DNA of 64,000 bases from a virus. How positions within the stretch are numbered: position 1 is the stretch's first letter; every line of letters begins with the position of its first letter. Location: IMG/VR virus record IMGVR_UViG_3300021170_000010, positions 38,900 to 102,899 of that record; one strand, 5' to 3'. Under the pieces are notes generated by a model, which made no database searches, had not been told where the DNA came from, and was given only the letters and a program-made list of their open reading frames with translations. The position numbers and the translations under genes are program-made. Of the stretch, positions 28,197-37,418 are shown piece by piece.

Positions 28197-29296
28197 TCAT
28201 ATTCGGCGCTCCCTATAATCCGTCGCACGCCTGGACCGCAGGATGGGGCGATATCCTCGAAGGCATGCGGAAGACCGGCGAGAGGGTCGAGTTCGATCCT
28301 GCGTGGGATAAGACGGATCGTCCCATCGACTTCGACGCGCCTCTGCTCCAATCGACTCGCGCCATAGACATGCTGCCGACGAAGCCGTATCTTCGGAGCC
28401 GCGCGCGGAACATCGCCCAGTCGGTTCCGTGCGAGCAGTTCATCCTGCGGGACTACATCGCGAACGCGCATCGATACTGGGACCACATCGTGGCCGGATG
28501 CGAATGGTCCGCCGAGATGATACGCTCCGCCGGTTATCATTCGGTCAGCGTGATCACGCACGGCGCGAATACGGAGACGTTCACCCCTGCGGAAGATGAT
28601 AAGCCGCGCGACCGCTTCACTATCTTCTCGGGCGGCAAGATGGAGTGGCGTAAGGGTCAGGACGTCGCGATACAGGCCGTCGGCTACCTGATGCAGAAGT
28701 ACTCCGACGTCGAGTTGATCTTCGACTGGTACAATCCTTGGCCGAAGACTGCGGAGAATATCCGGATGACGCGGCTGTACGCGGATAATCCGGACTTGAG
28801 CACGCACCAGATCATGCGGAAGTGCGGCATTGACTTCGGGCGCGTTCGGACGCTTCAGACCGCCTCGGCTACTCCGGAAGAGCACGTCGCCGATAAACTC
28901 CAGGCGTATCGGCAGAGCGACGTCGGGATCTTCCCGAACCGCGCGGAGGGAACTCCGAACTCGATGATGGTCGATATGATGGCCTGCGCGAAGCCGGTCA
29001 TTGCGCTCTACGCTCACGGTCAGCGCGACGTTCTCGACTACCATCAACCGGTCACTTGCACGGAATCCGACGACCTAGAGATCAGAAGTAAGGAAGACGG
29101 CAAACTCCAGGCCGTGTGGTTCGAGCCGCACGTAGACGAATTCATAGCGAAGCTCGAATGGGCATATCGCCACCGGGACGCGCTACCCGCGCTCGGCGCT
29201 GCGAACCGCGAGCGAATCAAGAAGCACGCTCCGGACGTGATCGGGCGGCAGTACGTGGACGTCTGCTCCGGCGTTGGATTGGAGGTGGCAGCATGA
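28193..29296 (+). CDS. GT-B (family 4-like) glycosyltransferase
   Basis: HGANTETF.P; EWRKGQD; YRQSDVGIFPNRAEG; MACAKPVI. Confidence 0.85.
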   Translation: MIIFGAPYNPSHAWTAGWGDILEGMRKTGERVEFDPAWDKTDRPIDFDAPLLQSTRAIDMLPTKPYLRSRARNIAQSVPCEQFILRDYIANAHRYWDHIVAGCEWSAEMIRSAGYHSVSVITHGANTETFTPAEDDKPRDRFTIFSGGKMEWRKGQDVAIQAVGYLMQKYSDVELIFDWYNPWPKTAENIRMTRLYADNPDLSTHQIMRKCGIDFGRVRTLQTASATPEEHVADKLQAYRQSDVGIFPNRAEGTPNSMMVDMMACAKPVIALYAHGQRDVLDYHQPVTCTESDDLEIRSKEDGKLQAVWFEPHVDEFIAKLEWAYRHRDALPALGAANRERIKKHAPDVIGRQYVDVCSGVGLEVAA

Positions 29297-31929
29297 AGAC
29301 CTCTGAACTACTAGCCTGCCACGGCGCTATGAGCACGCTGATGGAAGAACAGAAACTTCAGATAGAGCCTGGAATAAAACAAGGTACGCTTCCTGATATC
29401 CATATTCGTATATCTGCTCTGCTGACCGAGATCGCTCTGCGCAAACCGCAGGAATCCGAACATACGGCGCGGCTCTGGCGCATGGTTCTAGAACTCGATT
29501 CGCAGTCGGCGGAAGCCTATAACGGCATCGGCTATTACGAGCAGTCGCGGAAGAACTGGCTCGAAGCCTCGGCTCTCTTCGGGCGCGCGGCGCAGTTATC
29601 CGATACTCCGCTGGCATTCCTGAACGCTTCTATCGCGCACGATCAACTCGGTAACGTCGATGACGCCATGGTATTCGCGAAAGAAGCTATAGCGCGCGAT
29701 CCGAAGTGCGTCGCGGCGTACGCGCATCTCTACACGCTGTTCGATCAAGAGAATGAACTGGACGCGGCTCGCCAGGTCCTTCTGGACGGTCTAGCGCACT
29801 CTCCGGATTCTCCCGAACTTCTGTTCTGTACCGCCGAACTCGATCTGAAGCAGAGGCGCTACGAGCAGGGATGGAAGAACTACGAGCATCGCGGCACGAT
29901 GGGCACGTCGAGCTTCAGGGGAACGCTCGCGCAACTCCGCAGCGACATGGACGAATATCCGGAATGGACCGGCCAGCCGCTCGAAGGCAAGACCATCGTC
30001 GTGATGCGTGATCAGGGCCTCGGCGACGAGATCATGTTCGCGCGTTATCTGCCCATCCTTAAGGCGCAGGGCGCGACGGTCTGGTTATATACCTATCCGC
30101 GCGCCGCACGCCTCTTGGCCTCGCTAGCCTGCGTAGACGCGGTTTATACGTTTCTGCCGGACATTCCGTGCGAGTTCGACTACTGGGTAGCTATGGGGAG
30201 TCTGGCGCTACGGGCGAATCAGAGGTTAATAAGGTTTTTAGATGATTTCAACGAGTTAGGTCTTTCCGCAGATGAGAAAGACTGGAAAGTACGCGATGAA
30301 ATCTTAACGCCAAAGCGTCTCGAATTCGGACCGTTCCTCAGTTCACGCGTGGTTCGGCAAATCAAGCAATCTTCGAACCTGAAGGTCGGACTCCGCTGGG
30401 CCGGAAATCCCGCTCAAGCGAAGGAGCGCTTTCGCGGTGTTCCGTTCGAATCGCTGAATCCGCTCCTCGACATTCCCGGTATCGACTTCTATTCGCTTCA
30501 GGACGGAGAAGCGGCGAAGCAGTCCGGAGATCTTCTCGTTCATCTAGCGGAATACGGGCATGACGTGGCGGACTGTGCGGCTGCGATCAACGCTCTTGAT
30601 CTCGTAATCACGGTCGATACGATGATCGCGCATCTTGCCGGATCGCTCGGTAAGGACGTCTGGATCATGCTCGGACAGCCTAGCGACTGGCGCTGGGGAA
30701 GCGGACTATCCGGATCGACGCCGTGGTATCCGACTACGCGGCTGTTCCGTAAGAGTGTATGCGACGTGCCGAAGCAGATTAAAGCGGTTCTACGGAACGT
30801 GGTAATGGAGAGGGGTGGCGCAGCGGTAGCGCGCGAGGATCATGACCTTGAGGTCGCGGATTCAAATCCCGTCCCCGCACGGTTCATACCTGTCGGAGAT
30901 TCGTATACGAAAGATGACTGCATAGCTCACGGTAAAGATTACCTAAGCGGTAATCCGGTCTCTATACTACGTGATCTAGTTAAAGAATCAGGCTGTCGTG
31001 TAGACGAAGTATCGTTTACTATCGCTGAAAATTATTGCGCTGAGAATATCGGGATGCAGTTCGATAAAGTTCCTCCAGTGCTGGAACATCCGAATGCTTC
31101 CGTTCCTCCGGAGTTCCGCTATGCGCAGAAGGAGCCGCGCAAGATCGTTCTATGCTTTACAGCCGACTGCCGCTACGGCAAGATGGTCTGGCGCGATAAC
31201 GACTCCTACGTAGGCCGCTCACTCGATCTCTACGGCGAGTACAGCGAAGGCGAAGTGGACGTATTCCGCCGCCTCTTGAAGCCAGGTGATACGGTCATCG
31301 AAGCCGGAGCGAATATCGGCGCGCATACGGTCCCGATTGCTCAGATTCTCGGCTACGGAAACGGTACTAATACGTTAGGCACAGTATACGCCTTCGAGCC
31401 GCAGAAAGAATACTGCCATCTACTCGCAGAGAACGCGCCGTCGAACGTCGATATAACTCTCGCCGCTCTATCCGATTACCAAGGCGAGATCGACGTAGAG
31501 AACGTAGAACTCGAAAAGACGCACGCACCGAACTGGTATGGAGTAGACCGTCCGAACAAAGTTTCATGCATAACTATAGACGCGCTCGACTTCTTAGCGC
31601 TTCACTTCCTGAAGATCGACGTGGACGGCCAGGAGCACGCCATCTTGCGCGGCGGAGAGAAGACCATTGAGAGGCATCGTCCGATTATCTACGTCGAATA
31701 CGACAAGCCGGACTGCTATCCGGACATGATCCTCTGGCTCGACGAGCGCGGCTACCGCGTCTACAAGCACGCCGCGCGGATGTTCAATCTTCAGAACTTT
31801 CGCGGCAACGCGGTCAACGTCTTCGGCGGTCTCGGAAGCACGATGCTGCTCTGCATTCCGAAGGAACGAGCGGACCTGCGGTTCGATACTCTCGGTCTTC
31901 CGCTGGATCGCATGAAGGTTCGGAGATAA
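29293..31929 (+). CDS. TPR + GT9-like glycosyltransferase + FkbM methyltransferase fusion
   Basis: TPR helices; W.GQPLEGKTI..DQGLGDEIMFARY; VGLRWAGNP; LDLVITVDT..AHLAG; PWYP; LYGEYSEGE; EAGANIGAH; KIDVDG.E. Confidence 0.85.
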   Translation: MKTSELLACHGAMSTLMEEQKLQIEPGIKQGTLPDIHIRISALLTEIALRKPQESEHTARLWRMVLELDSQSAEAYNGIGYYEQSRKNWLEASALFGRAAQLSDTPLAFLNASIAHDQLGNVDDAMVFAKEAIARDPKCVAAYAHLYTLFDQENELDAARQVLLDGLAHSPDSPELLFCTAELDLKQRRYEQGWKNYEHRGTMGTSSFRGTLAQLRSDMDEYPEWTGQPLEGKTIVVMRDQGLGDEIMFARYLPILKAQGATVWLYTYPRAARLLASLACVDAVYTFLPDIPCEFDYWVAMGSLALRANQRLIRFLDDFNELGLSADEKDWKVRDEILTPKRLEFGPFLSSRVVRQIKQSSNLKVGLRWAGNPAQAKERFRGVPFESLNPLLDIPGIDFYSLQDGEAAKQSGDLLVHLAEYGHDVADCAAAINALDLVITVDTMIAHLAGSLGKDVWIMLGQPSDWRWGSGLSGSTPWYPTTRLFRKSVCDVPKQIKAVLRNVVMERGGAAVAREDHDLEVADSNPVPARFIPVGDSYTKDDCIAHGKDYLSGNPVSILRDLVKESGCRVDEVSFTIAENYCAENIGMQFDKVPPVLEHPNASVPPEFRYAQKEPRKIVLCFTADCRYGKMVWRDNDSYVGRSLDLYGEYSEGEVDVFRRLLKPGDTVIEAGANIGAHTVPIAQILGYGNGTNTLGTVYAFEPQKEYCHLLAENAPSNVDITLAALSDYQGEIDVENVELEKTHAPNWYGVDRPNKVSCITIDALDFLALHFLKIDVDGQEHAILRGGEKTIERHRPIIYVEYDKPDCYPDMILWLDERGYRVYKHAARMFNLQNFRGNAVNVFGGLGSTMLLCIPKERADLRFDTLGLPLDRMKVRR

Positions 31930-31935
31930 CGGGCC

Positions 31936-32073
31936 ATGCCCCTCAAAGCCGGACGCAGTAACTCAGTCGTCAGCGCGAATATAAAAGAACTCATAGCGAC
32001 CGGCAAGTATCCCCAGCGTCAGGCCGTGGCGATTGCGATGAGCAACGCAGGACGCGCGCGCAAGAAGAAATAG
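31936..32073 (+). CDS. small basic head-module protein (45 aa)
   Basis: Hand-translated MPLKAGRSNSVVSANIKELIATGKYPQRQAVAIAMSNAGRARKKK (QAVAIA motif). Confidence 0.7.
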   Translation: MPLKAGRSNSVVSANIKELIATGKYPQRQAVAIAMSNAGRARKKK

Positions 32074-32086
32074 GAGTCTAACGAAA

Positions 32087-32572
32087 ATGAAGGCAGCTAA
32101 CAAGCAGGTCATCGACGATCTTCAGACCGGTGCGCAGATGCTCGCGCACATCGCCGGTCAATTCAAGGTTGACAAGATCAACCTAAACGTTATGGGCCTG
32201 AAGTGGCTCGCCAAGCGCCTCTGCAAGTGGCATCACATGACGGGCCACCAGCTCTGCATAGTCACGAAGCGTATCTTCCAATTCGGTGAAGACCCGGAGT
32301 ACGACGCCGGTACGGTATCCGGCGCGGACACGGTCGAAGAGATCCTGACGCGCGCGGAAGAACTCGTTACGGCGGCTCACGATCAGTTCTGCGAATTCCG
32401 TAAGGCTACGTACGAGGCGAAGGCCGACTATACGTCGGACATCTGGGAGCACGCCATCCAAGATCTGGATCACATCTTGACGCACGTCGAGCGCGAGATT
32501 ACCCTTCTGACGAAGACGCTCCACGGTGCCGAAGCCGCGTACGTCGGATCGCGTCTCGACGACAGCGAGTAA
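32087..32572 (+). CDS. bacterioferritin-like protein lacking ferroxidase ligands
   Basis: End-to-end similarity to Bfr (VI..L, Q[YF], GLK.L, RI....P, DY.S) but Glu/His ligands substituted. Confidence 0.7.
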   Translation: MKAANKQVIDDLQTGAQMLAHIAGQFKVDKINLNVMGLKWLAKRLCKWHHMTGHQLCIVTKRIFQFGEDPEYDAGTVSGADTVEEILTRAEELVTAAHDQFCEFRKATYEAKADYTSDIWEHAIQDLDHILTHVEREITLLTKTLHGAEAAYVGSRLDDSE

Positions 32573-32626
32573 AATTCTCGTGACTCTCTACTTGACAAAG
32601 TAGCGAATTTTCGACCACAATAGCTT

Positions 32627-32857
32627 GTGGTTGAGATTTGCGCAGACTGCCGTGCGCTCCTCGACGCGTACGGTGCTAGTCTTCGTGAATACCGAAGGGC
32701 TATAGCGAACTACCGGGACGGTCTAGCGCGCAGGGATACGGACATTAACGGAGTGCGGGGAATGGTGGGCGAATCGTGGGCAAAGGCTAAGAGCGCCAGG
32801 TTGTCATTACAGCAGCACAAAGCCAGCGTCCACGGCTTCCCTGCGCCACTGTGGTAA
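32627..32857 (+). CDS. IS passenger hypothetical protein
   Basis: CADC...H; downstream of TTGACA in the left TIR. Confidence 0.45.
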   Translation: MVEICADCRALLDAYGASLREYRRAIANYRDGLARRDTDINGVRGMVGESWAKAKSARLSLQQHKASVHGFPAPLW

Positions 32858-33069
32858 TGGTCCAATCAACGCGAGTTCTTCGCCTTGCGCTTCACCGGCG
32901 CCTTCGGCCCGCGCTTGCGTGGTATATGAGACATCGGCATCGGCGGGGCCTTCAGCAACGCGCGCAGCACGGCGTTGAACTGGTCTTCCGGAACAGGGAG
33001 ATGCCTTCAACCCTAGAAACGCTCCGGAAATAGCGGTGAATAGAATGGGTTTGGTTTTGTCTGATCCGA

Positions 33070-33561
33070 TTGGGAGGATTCGTGAACATCGTTTCCGCTA
33101 GACACGATCTCTTAGAGAATCTCAAAGAGAGTAGCGACTACAGAGAAGCGTATGTGGCTGAGAGTGTCTATGCGCTCCTTGCATCTCAGATTCGGGTGCT
33201 TCGCGAGCAACGCGCCTGGTCCCAGAAGCGCCTTGGAAGAGAAGCCAATATGGCGCAAGAAAGAATTTCGATTTTGGAAGATCCAAACTCTGACACGAAG
33301 CCAACACTGACTACTCTTCTTCGGATTGCTGCTGCTTATGATGTTGGCCTGGATGTTCGCTTTATTCCATTCAGCCGCGTGTTGGATGGGTCATTTAACA
33401 ATAACCCTGAATCCCTCGGGGTTCCTAGTTTCGCTAGCGAAGCAATGGATATCGATCAATCCGACAGCAGATTGACGCATGAAATCGGGCTTGATGAGAT
33501 GGCGCGTAGAGCGCGCCGCGCCATTGAAGAAGCTCTGTGTAGACGGCATCCGCTTCGATAG
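33070..33561 (+). CDS. XRE/HigA-like HTH protein inside the IS
   Basis: QIRVLREQRAWSQKRLG...QERISILE...TLTTLLRIA. Confidence 0.75.
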   Translation: MGGFVNIVSARHDLLENLKESSDYREAYVAESVYALLASQIRVLREQRAWSQKRLGREANMAQERISILEDPNSDTKPTLTTLLRIAAAYDVGLDVRFIPFSRVLDGSFNNNPESLGVPSFASEAMDIDQSDSRLTHEIGLDEMARRARRAIEEALCRRHPLR

Positions 33562-34162
33562 AGACGTTATCCTTCAGCTTGTCGATGACGTGGTGACGAT
33601 TGACGGTCGGAACGTGCCACGTCCTCACCTTGCCGTCGCGCTCCACCATTCCGAACACCGGCTCTTTGTCGTACTTCGCACGCTTGCGGCGCTTGTCGTA
33701 TTTCTTCGCGCCGACGTAGGTTTCGTCCGCTTCGATCGTGCCAGTGAGCGGTGTGGCTGTCGCGTGCTCAAACAGGTTCATCGCTTCGCGGATGCGGTGA
33801 TTCAGGTACCACGCGGTCTTGTACGCCACGTTCAGATCGCGCTTCATCTGAAGGGCGCTGAGGCTCTTTTTCGCGTTGCACATGAGCGCGATGGCCATGT
33901 ACCACTTCTCAAGATCCAGGTGCGTATCGTTGAACAGTGTGCCCGTCATCGGCGTGAACTGATACTTGCAGGCGCGGCACTGGTAGATGTAGCGAGTCTT
34001 CTGAATGCCGTGGCGGTTCGGCTTGCTCTTCGTCGCCATGAACGTAACCTTGTCGCTGTCGCACTTCAGGCAACGCACGCCGTCCGGCCAGCGCATCGCG
34101 GCGAGATGCTTCACGCAGGCTTCTTCATCCGCGAACTTTTTGGTTACGTCTATCAGGTTCAT
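33434..34162 (-). pseudogene. IS1595 transposase, C-terminally truncated
   Basis: RWPDG..C..C Zn ribbon, KTAW....RIR, EADETY; similarity stops at AVYT (~33537), before the remaining DDE residues. Confidence 0.85.
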
Positions 34163-34255
34163 TCAGGCCACCACTAGATGTAGTATGGCTCTTGCCGCGT
34201 GCTTTGTCAAGTAGATAATCACGAAAATTCTTTAAACGAAAGGAGGAAACGAAAA

Positions 34256-34453
34256 ATGGCAGCCTCGGTTTCTGGTGCGAAGACGATCTCAACAAATATC
34301 TCGCCCGCTCATCCGGCATCGACGATGACGACGATCCTGGCGACGGCGGTGGAGAATATGACGGTTTCTCAGCTTTACTTCCTAGAAGCGTGCCTGCGCC
34401 AGCGCGCGGGCGGCGAAGACCCGAATACGGTCATCGGAACGCTCTTCAGCTAG
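34256..34453 (+). CDS. hypothetical protein
   Basis: AGGAGG RBS, ATG 34256. Confidence 0.6.
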   Translation: MAASVSGAKTISTNISPAHPASTMTTILATAVENMTVSQLYFLEACLRQRAGGEDPNTVIGTLFS

Positions 34454-34560
34454 GCCAAGTTTTCGGCAGCACCCAGCCGCGTGGGTAATCGCGGGTGCAG
34501 TAAAATCAACCGGGCCGCGCCGGTCTAAACATTCGCGGGGCAGTAGAAAGGTAAACCCCA

Positions 34561-35334
34561 ATGAAGTATTTTAACGATGTAAGCAGAGGTCCGCTCATGA
34601 TGCCTGCGGGGGCAGGCGGAGGCGCGGGCGGCGGTGCCGGAGCCGCAGAACCAGTTCCGGGGGCATTTGATCCAGCAGCTTTCCAGGCGGCGATTCTCGC
34701 TGAGTTCAATAAGGGAATCAACGCTCTGGACAAGAAGATCAACGCGGTAGCAGAAAAACTCGCGGCTCCTCCGAATCCCAATCCGCCAGCTCCGGGAGCC
34801 GATCCGAACGATCCTCCGGCAGATCCGCCGAAGGCTAAGACCGTCGCGGAAGTCGCTCTAGAACTCCAGCGCGTCAACCGAACGCTCGAAGCCGAAGTGA
34901 AGAAGCGCGAGGCATCGGAGAAGGTCGCGATGGAAAAGGAAGCTCTCGTGTTGGAGGCGAACCGCAAGGCCGCTTTTATGGAGAGCATTCAAGACCTGCC
35001 GTTCGCAGTCGGGAAGGACGGAGTATCGAAGGCGCGCGCGCAGTTCATCGACGCATACATGCCGAAGGTCAAGCGCGCCGAAGACGGCGAGTTCGTCGTG
35101 GATACGGAAGCCGGTCCGGTAGGGGTGAAGCAGTATATGCAGTCGGAGTTCGAAGCATCACCTTATCTGGCCGCTCCCCAAGGTCACGGCGGATCGGGCG
35201 CGGCTCCGGGCGCGCGAGTGGCCGGAGGCAACAAGATGCCAGACTACGCCAGTATGACCGCAACGCAGCTTTCGGCTATTCCGGTGGCAGAGCGAGACGC
35301 GCATTTGGCGGAGCTGGTTCACAGTCTTACATAG
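34561..35334 (+). CDS. capsid scaffolding protein
   Basis: Gly/Pro linker, coiled coil, GGSG near C-terminus; directly upstream of MCP. Confidence 0.7.
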   Translation: MKYFNDVSRGPLMMPAGAGGGAGGGAGAAEPVPGAFDPAAFQAAILAEFNKGINALDKKINAVAEKLAAPPNPNPPAPGADPNDPPADPPKAKTVAEVALELQRVNRTLEAEVKKREASEKVAMEKEALVLEANRKAAFMESIQDLPFAVGKDGVSKARAQFIDAYMPKVKRAEDGEFVVDTEAGPVGVKQYMQSEFEASPYLAAPQGHGGSGAAPGARVAGGNKMPDYASMTATQLSAIPVAERDAHLAELVHSLT

Positions 35335-35397
35335 CGGCGGATTATTCGCGCCGTCGTTAAACCTCAACAACCGAAAAACTCTTAAGGAGAGTGAACC

Positions 35398-36321
35398 ATG
35401 GCGACCATCACGTCGCAAAATACGGCCCAGGCGATTGTCAAGCTGGTGGCCGCCAAATACCTCGACGCGCTCATCGGTGCAACCGTAATGGCCAACATCG
35501 TGAACCGCGACTATGAACCGACTCTGGCGCAGGCCGGAGACACCGTCAACATTCCGATTCCTCCGGTGTTGACGGCCAACACGATCTCCGAAGGCGGCTC
35601 GGTCGTTCCTCAGACGCCGTCGCTCGGAAACGCGCAGATCATCCTGAACCAGCACATCGAGTCCACCGTGGCGATCCCCGATGCGACGAAGGTGCTGGCC
35701 GTGCCGGATCTCTTGAAGATCTACATGGAACCGGCGGTCAATGCCTGCGCCGAGCGCATCGAGACCGATCTGCTCAACCTCTACACCAACTTCACGGTCA
35801 ACGCCGCGACCGGCGGCGCGACTGCGGTGGACGAGGCGCGCATCGACTTGGCGGAGACGGAACTCTTCGCGCAGAAGGTCCCGAAGAACCAGCAGAAGTT
35901 CCTGATCGTGTCCGGCGCGACCTACGGCGCTCTCCGTCAACTGCCGCGCTTCACCGACTGGAACAACCTCGGTCCGAACAGCCAGCCTTCCGCGCAGATC
36001 ACCGGAATGCTCCCTGGCGGCGCTGCCGACGGTCGCATCAAGGACTTCTGGGTCTATCGCTCCCAGTTCGTCGCGAAGCCGTCTAGTACGACCTACAACG
36101 TGGCCTTCGCTCGCGACGGCATCGCGCTCGTCATGCGCAAGCTACCGCAGCCGCTTCCCGGCACCGGTGCCATTGCCGAGTTCGTCGAGAAGGGCGGATT
36201 CGGCCTGCGCGTCATCATGAGCTACCAGTCCGGCACGCTCGCCCAGCAGTTCACCGTCGATGCCCTCTACGGCTGCGGAATCCTCCGCAATTCGTTCGGC
36301 GTCCAGGTCCAGACCAATTAA
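35398..36321 (+). CDS. major capsid protein (P22 coat-like)
   Basis: VNRDYE....GDTVNIP; D.LYG near C-terminus; strong RBS and biased codon use. Confidence 0.85.
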   Translation: MATITSQNTAQAIVKLVAAKYLDALIGATVMANIVNRDYEPTLAQAGDTVNIPIPPVLTANTISEGGSVVPQTPSLGNAQIILNQHIESTVAIPDATKVLAVPDLLKIYMEPAVNACAERIETDLLNLYTNFTVNAATGGATAVDEARIDLAETELFAQKVPKNQQKFLIVSGATYGALRQLPRFTDWNNLGPNSQPSAQITGMLPGGAADGRIKDFWVYRSQFVAKPSSTTYNVAFARDGIALVMRKLPQPLPGTGAIAEFVEKGGFGLRVIMSYQSGTLAQQFTVDALYGCGILRNSFGVQVQTN

Positions 36322-36340
36322 AGGAGAAACGACAACCGAT

Positions 36341-36916
36341 ATGTCAACCGCAACTCAGACCCCGCTGGCCAGCAGCATCGAGCGCCTCCAGCGCGCTTAT
36401 ATGGCCGGATGGGGACAACTCAATCCGAGAGTGCTGGACCCGAACTGGAGCAATCGCTACGCGCGCCGTGAGGTCCTCGCGACGCTCGCACTGGCCGACC
36501 AGAGCATCACGCCGGAATCCGTCGTTCATATCGCGGAGAGTAATCCGGATGATGCCGATCTTCTCGGAACGAAGGGAAGCAATCCCATCGTCTGCGAAGC
36601 AACGGGACGCGTCGCCGCCCAGCGGATCGCGGAAGGCTCACACCGCTTGGCGACTCCCGAAGAGATCCATTCGTTTCGGCAGGCTCAGATCAAACGAGAA
36701 GAAGCCTGCGCCGAGATGGAGCGCAATAATCCGCAGAACCGCAAGAACACGGAGCGCATCGTCGAGCGCACCGTCGTCATGACGCAAGCCGAAGCGGAGC
36801 GCGCCGGTTATACCTTGACCGCGCCGCCCCAGAACCAGAAATCCACCACGGGCGACACCACTTCTGCCGCCGCCGTGCTCCAGAACAAGGCAGAAGGAAG
36901 GGGTAACCAGAAATGA
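36341..36916 (+). CDS. head-module hypothetical protein
   Basis: AAGGAG RBS, start 36341. Confidence 0.55.
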   Translation: MSTATQTPLASSIERLQRAYMAGWGQLNPRVLDPNWSNRYARREVLATLALADQSITPESVVHIAESNPDDADLLGTKGSNPIVCEATGRVAAQRIAEGSHRLATPEEIHSFRQAQIKREEACAEMERNNPQNRKNTERIVERTVVMTQAEAERAGYTLTAPPQNQKSTTGDTTSAAAVLQNKAEGRGNQK

Positions 36917-37329
36917 CGATCACCGCATTGACCACTGGCCTCCAGACGGTGAGCGCCACCGGGGCCGTATCTCCGACCGCCGGTGTGGACATCTCGGCCA
37001 TGAGCAAGCAGGTCACCGTCTGCATCGAGTGCATTCAGTTGACGGCGTCGAAGACCATAGCCGTCCAATTGGAGACGTCCACGAATGCCTTCACCGCGTC
37101 CGTCGCAGCCAACGTATTCCAGTTTATCGGAGCGGAAGGCGAAGGCGGCACTACGTTCACCGCAGGCGACTACACGCAGGCAACCGATAAGCGCTCCGTC
37201 ATCGTCAAGCAGCAGCTTCCGTTCTCGGCGGCGAACTACTTCGGCGCTTCCGGCGCGAAGGCTCGGCTGAACGTGATCGGCGTCGATGGATCGGCGGGCG
37301 GAACGTTCAACGCTTGGCTCGAAACCTAA
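36913..37329 (+). CDS. putative head decoration / spike-base protein
   Basis: Thr/Ala/Gly-rich beta pattern, position after MCP. Confidence 0.5.
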   Translation: MTITALTTGLQTVSATGAVSPTAGVDISAMSKQVTVCIECIQLTASKTIAVQLETSTNAFTASVAANVFQFIGAEGEGGTTFTAGDYTQATDKRSVIVKQQLPFSAANYFGASGAKARLNVIGVDGSAGGTFNAWLET

Positions 37330-37348
37330 TCGAGCAATTCTCCAACTC

Positions 37349-37393
37349 GGGGCGGCGGAGATTGCCCTCAAGCCATCCGCCGTCCCTATTTTC
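37349..37393 (+). terminator. hairpin, putative intrinsic terminator
   Basis: GGGGCGGCGGA...TCCGCCGTCCC followed by TATTTTC. Confidence 0.5.
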
Positions 37394-37418
37394 ATAATCT
37401 ACTTTAAGCGACCATCCA

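Larger units (their letters stand above)
32579..34223 (-). mobile_element. IS1595-family element with 22-bp imperfect TIRs and 8-bp TSD
   Basis: Left TIR CGTGACTCTCTACTTGACAAAG (32579-32600); right TIR reverse complement CGTGATTATCTACTTGACAAAG (34202-34223); AAAATTCT at 32571-32578 and 34224-34231. Confidence 0.9.

Noticed and set aside
26047-29296. Many genes end in VAA/EAA (GGTGGCAGCATGA)
   Set aside because: Explained by the next gene's RBS and ATGA overlap, common in phages; not a degron system.
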